Shown here: one piece after another, positions 59,421 through 64,000 of the stretch | Layout: each line of letters begins with the position of its first letter | Numbering within the stretch: the stretch's first letter is position 1 | Translations under genes and position numbers: made by a program | Assembly (NCBI RefSeq): GCF_009914755.1 | Contig: NC_060937.1 | DNA from: the human T2T-CHM13v2.0 reference genome, Homo sapiens | Length of the DNA stretch: 64,000 nt | Direction: 5' to 3' (one strand) | The notes under the pieces: model-generated | The model's database searches: none | What the model was told of the DNA's origin: nothing | What the model saw: the letters and a program-made list of their open reading frames with translations, nothing else

Positions 59421-61581
59421 GACAGGTTTTAAAACAAAGCAGATCTAGTAGGAGGAAAATAAAGACCTGTGAAGGAATGTTAACATTGTAAATGAATTTA
59501 GAAACCTCCTAACAGATTTTCTCATTTGATAGATTAAAAAGTTGAGGCTTAAAAACAGGAAATGATTGCTCTGAGAACCTTGTTTTATTTTCTCATTTCT
59601 GGCTGAGAGTTCTTACCATATTTTATTGACCTTATTTTATACATAAAATTTGTTGTTTTATGAACCTTGTATCCACTGTGGAACATAGCAAAGTGTTTCA
59701 CTAAGGATAGTCACCTAATACAGTTTTTCAAAGAAAGACCTGAATTACTTAACCACTTACCTCTTGTAAATAAGAGGGGACAACAACTTAGTTTTGAACA
59801 GACAAAGTTAACGTGGAAGACTAATACTAGAATTTTAAAAAATCATAGTAACTGTATGTTAAAGTATCAATGAAAAACTAAATTGATCGCATGGCAAAGC
59901 TGAGTTTCAGTAACTTTTCCCCAGACACTAGTAGAAGGGTTATTGTTGGTAATCAAAACTTCTTTCCTTGCACCTAAAGGTCTTTTTCTCAAGCCCTCTT
60001 CAATGTCAGTGTGCCAATTCTCTGGCTTTGACACGACACCCAAGTGTGCCTTCCCCAAATGCCTATGCTTCAACATCATTCCTAGAACTCTAGTTATATA
60101 TATCAGAATAGACAGTCAACAATTTCAGATCGGCTTCTGTTAAAAGTGGATACGTGCTGTTTTAAATGGATGACGCACTTATGACAGGGCTACCTGGTAC
60201 TAGGGTTTGATCAAATTCTGTTTGGGAATTGCAGGATGAACTAGGAATAGCACATTCTTGTACTCAGAGTGTCAGAAGGTGGGTGGCTCCCATTGAAGAC
60301 AGCCCATTTTCTACCCTACTTTTCTGTCTTTTAGGAAGGAGAAGCTAAAGTATTTAGAATGTTGCCTCGGCTTATTCCTCAGGCATAAAATGCAGTGGGC
60401 TCAGTTATTTGCTCTTGTTTTTTGAGGAATTATTAGGTTGAATAAGGCAGCATTTGCCTTTTTAAAATACAGGGGAACCACTCTGTGCTTCTGAGAAAAT
60501 AGAAAGTGGCCCCCTGCCAGCTTACTGGCTTGGTGGGTGGAAAAAATAACACAGACCAATGTGAGGAACACATCAACTCTCTCTCCTCCGACATGAACCC
60601 GTGATGCCTCTCCAGAAACACCGGACAGATGGCAAAGATCACCTCAGTGGCGTTTCCATCAGAAATCCAAGTCTTTGTGCAGGAAGCCTCCAAGGAGAGA
60701 GGATCTCTGCACACTTATGCACGTGTGCATTTAGAAGTCAGAGGGCTGTGGCTGTGACTTGCCTCTGTGTGCGGCACGGATGAGAAAGCACATCTGACTC
60801 GATGCTAATGACAGTGGCTCATGGTGTTAAAAAAGATGAGGGAGGGTCAGAGGAGTTAATTACTTATGGTGAAAAATCTGAATGCTCAGAGGAATTAACT
60901 GGTATGCTGTAATTAATTTAAAAAGAGACTTTTAGTTGAAAAATATGATCATAATATAGACATCAGTAGTTTGAATTCCATCCATAGTTACTACATTCTG
61001 TGAAAACGATCTTATTGTACTAATAATGAATTTTGAAGCAGTAAGCTTCTTTTTTTTCGACCAGATTTCAAAGAAAATAAATTGAGGGTGCAGAAAAGAC
61101 AAAGCAGAGAAAACAATATCTTTGATATCTTGTTTCTTACATTGCAGTCAAATGAATACCTGTATCACAAACGCTCTTGATGATGAAGATGGGTTCAGAT
61201 TGTTTTGAACCAAAAAGACAATACAAGATGAAATAATTTCCTTGTTTTTACAGATCTGATGGTGTGCAGGGGTGACATGGACTAAATAGCAGCATTTTGC
61301 TGTAATAATAACTCTTTGAAAAAAATACCAGCCACACATGGGCAATTTGGGGGGATCTTTGCTACTGCTAATTGAATTTTCCTCTTGAATCAGTTTTTTG
61401 GCACATATCCAGATGTACCAGCCCTGTGCATAGGTGAAGAAGAAAGATGAAGGGCCCTAAGTATCCTACCTGATTTTCTTATCTCCGACAGGATACCTCA
61501 TAGCACTTTCTCTTGTAATTCAACTCTGATAATTTACCTATGAAACCAAGGTGTAAGAAATTAGAGTTATGTCAAGTTATC

Positions 61582-61746
<165 letters not shown>

Positions 61747-62689
61747 TAAACAGATAGAATGGTTTTCATGTCCGTGAGATGTAACAGTGACCAAATTGAA
61801 TGAATTAATGTTAAAGGAAGATATTTTGAATATTATGGTGGGAAGGGGAGAGGATCACAGAAGCTAATAAGTGATCTCCCAAGCACTGTGCAAAGGAATG
61901 GGGGCCAAGGGACTACCAGAATTCCAGTCCCATTGTGGCGCTGGATGCCTTAAGCTATCTTAGACTAATGCTATTATGAACTTAACTGAGGTAACTTCTT
62001 TTCCTCTCATGCCAAGCTCCTCAATCAACCTGCTTCTGATGTGGCTTTTTATATTGGGGAGGAGAGCTGGTTATGCTGCTTCAAATATTGGGGACTTTGC
62101 AACAGGCCTACATGTAGTTGTATTCTGGTTTTGTACATCCGTTTGTCAGTTTGATTCTTGTGAGTTTACACTGAGAGCTTGTGTTCACTCTCAGTACTCT
62201 GGAAGCATTCAGATTTTGAGCCTGAAATGGTGAGGGAGAAGATGCTATTGCTATGAGGAAACATGCAGGTGGCCAGCCAGTCTTTCTCTGCTGATGCTTG
62301 GATGCATTGCTGTTGGCCAAGATAAAGACTATTTGCACTTTTATTATAGCCACTTAGATTTCTCTGTTGTTTGGCAAAGGTGGAGACGTTGGTTCTAAAA
62401 GTAAGCTTCATATGTTTCCAGGAAGAATAAGGAGAGCTTAAAGAAACTAGGAGAAATAGCCTTCATCAACTAATATAATTTCAGCCAATGCTTAATCGTA
62501 TGTGTATATACTAGATTTCACCTTGGGACATATTTGGGGAGTTATAGAACTTATCTCATCCAGTTTTCTTATAGTCAGCTGTTTAAACATGTGGTACAAC
62601 AATCATAAAAGTGCCCATCATTAAGGGCTAACCTGATGTTTGTGGCTCACCCGAGACCAGTCCTATTGGCTGTGTGTTTCTCTCCAGCT

Positions 62690-63000
62690 CTGAGCCATGG
62701 GGAGGAAGCAGACACAAAGGAAGTGGAGCATTGGGTTTAACTGGGATTGGAGTTTTACCAAATGAGCATGCAAAGAGAGCAAACCACCGCAGAACCAAAG
62801 GTGTGAGCCAAGGAGCGCTTCTGATGATCAACCATGGATTTGAAGTGGGGAACAAGGGAAGGAGGGACGTGAGAAGGGTGGGGTACAGTGAAAATGTGTG
62901 GGAACAATGGACAGTCAGTCTTGGGAGGCTAAAGGATTGATAGAGGTGTGGTTCTAGAGGAGTGAATTGGAAAGATGGGAAGTAAGGGTGGTAAAGTAGG
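62690..63000 (-). mobile_element. L2 internal fragment
   Basis: gggtttaactgggattggagttttacc...accatggatttgaagtggggaacaagggaagg resembles L2 ORF2 sequence. Confidence 0.5.
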
Positions 63001-63029
63001 TTGGTTGAAATTGAGAAAATTTGTGGACC

Positions 63030-63250
63030 CTGGAGCCAGACAAACGTGAGTCCAAAACCAGTCTCTGACAATTGCTGTGTGATAATGCTAGTTGCTTCTT
63101 CTTTCTCTGCCTCAAGATTTTTTTTTTAATTTCTAAAATGGCAATAGTAATATCCACTTTATAAAAAAAAGCTACAAAGATCAAGTGTTGTAATGGATGT
63201 AAAGAACCTAGCACAGTGAATGGCAAATATTTGATACTTTTAGTAAATGT
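63030..63250 (+). mobile_element. MIR SINE
   Basis: ctggagccagaca...tctctgcctcaag...taaaatggcaatagtaat...gtaaagaacctagcacagtg. Confidence 0.65.
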
Positions 63251-63297
63251 CAACTCTTGCATTTCTACTGCACAGTAAAGCCTTGAAAGCAGGAGCA

Positions 63298-63298
<1 letters not shown>

Positions 63299-63346
<48 letters not shown>
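63299..63346. repeat. (CA)24 microsatellite
   Basis: Perfect CA run. Confidence 0.97.
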
Positions 63347-63348
<2 letters not shown>

Positions 63349-64000
63349 CACACCCTCACTCAATGCCATAAATGTCTGCTGAAAAAGAATTCAGAGCTGG
63401 GCCCCGGTGCCTTGGGGATATGCGAGTCCAGATCATGAGTTTGGATCACAAGCTTCTCAGGGATTCTCACAAACATCTTGGGTTCAGGATGGATTGAGAT
63501 AGGGGTGGGTGGGTAGGAGGAGCATCAACACAGTATGTGAGAGTTGGGGAAAAATGACAAGGTTTCTTACTTTTAAAATTTGGTTTTCATTAATCATAAT
63601 TCTGTTTGAGGGAAACCTATGGAACCTGAAAGTTCTGATAGTGGTGTTTTTTTAAAATATGTAAGAAATGCTTTTGAAACAATGTGTTCTCTGCTGTTGT
63701 TTTGAGGAGTCCTTAACTGAGAAATGCTCTGTGGGGTCCTTGGAGAATTTTTTAATATATGAATATCATGAGGAGGCGTTTCTTCAGTTAGTCCCTGATG
63801 AGGTAAACAGAGTCAGTGGACACTTTCTGGAAGTTCCTGAGGCTGGGGGACAGGGCAGCAGGTGGGAACTGTGCCCTTGTGCTTTGATTTCAAGTTCTCT
63901 CTTTAGTAATCAGGTCACTCAACAGTGTCCAAACTTTGTAACCAAAATAGTCTTGCTGGAGATGCTCAATTTTAGGCTCAGTAATGAGACACATTGAGAC

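Noticed and set aside
62628-63438. 147-, 129- and 63-aa ORFs
   Set aside because: Derived from L2, MIR and the (CA)n repeat

Overview
AT-rich primate (human-like) genomic DNA dominated by interspersed repeats. I could not identify a host protein-coding exon, RNA gene, CRISPR array or prokaryotic system. The main element is a full-length L1PA2/L1PA3-like LINE-1 on the minus strand (49867-55932, 16-bp target-site duplication). ORF1 has a nonsense codon, ORF2 has two frameshifts and the RT motif FADD is changed to FADH, so it cannot retrotranspose on its own. Its CpG-rich 5'UTR, YY1 site and an elongated open antisense ORF0 remain. The rest of the window holds 11 Alu/FLAM copies, four MaLR solo LTRs (both THE1 copies keep a DUX4-type motif), an LTR33-like element, older L1, L2 and MIR fragments, DNA-transposon relics and microsatellites. 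The least explained structures are a 56/57-bp inverted repeat with nested hairpin and duplications whose loop was later hit by an Alu (46.2-47.2 kb), a cluster of perfect 28- and 30-bp palindromes (3.78-3.89 kb) and a heavily decayed non-LTR reverse-transcriptase fossil (26.3-26.7 kb). Repeat subfamily names come from recalled consensus features and need RepeatMasker/Dfam confirmation. I found no convincing new biological system.
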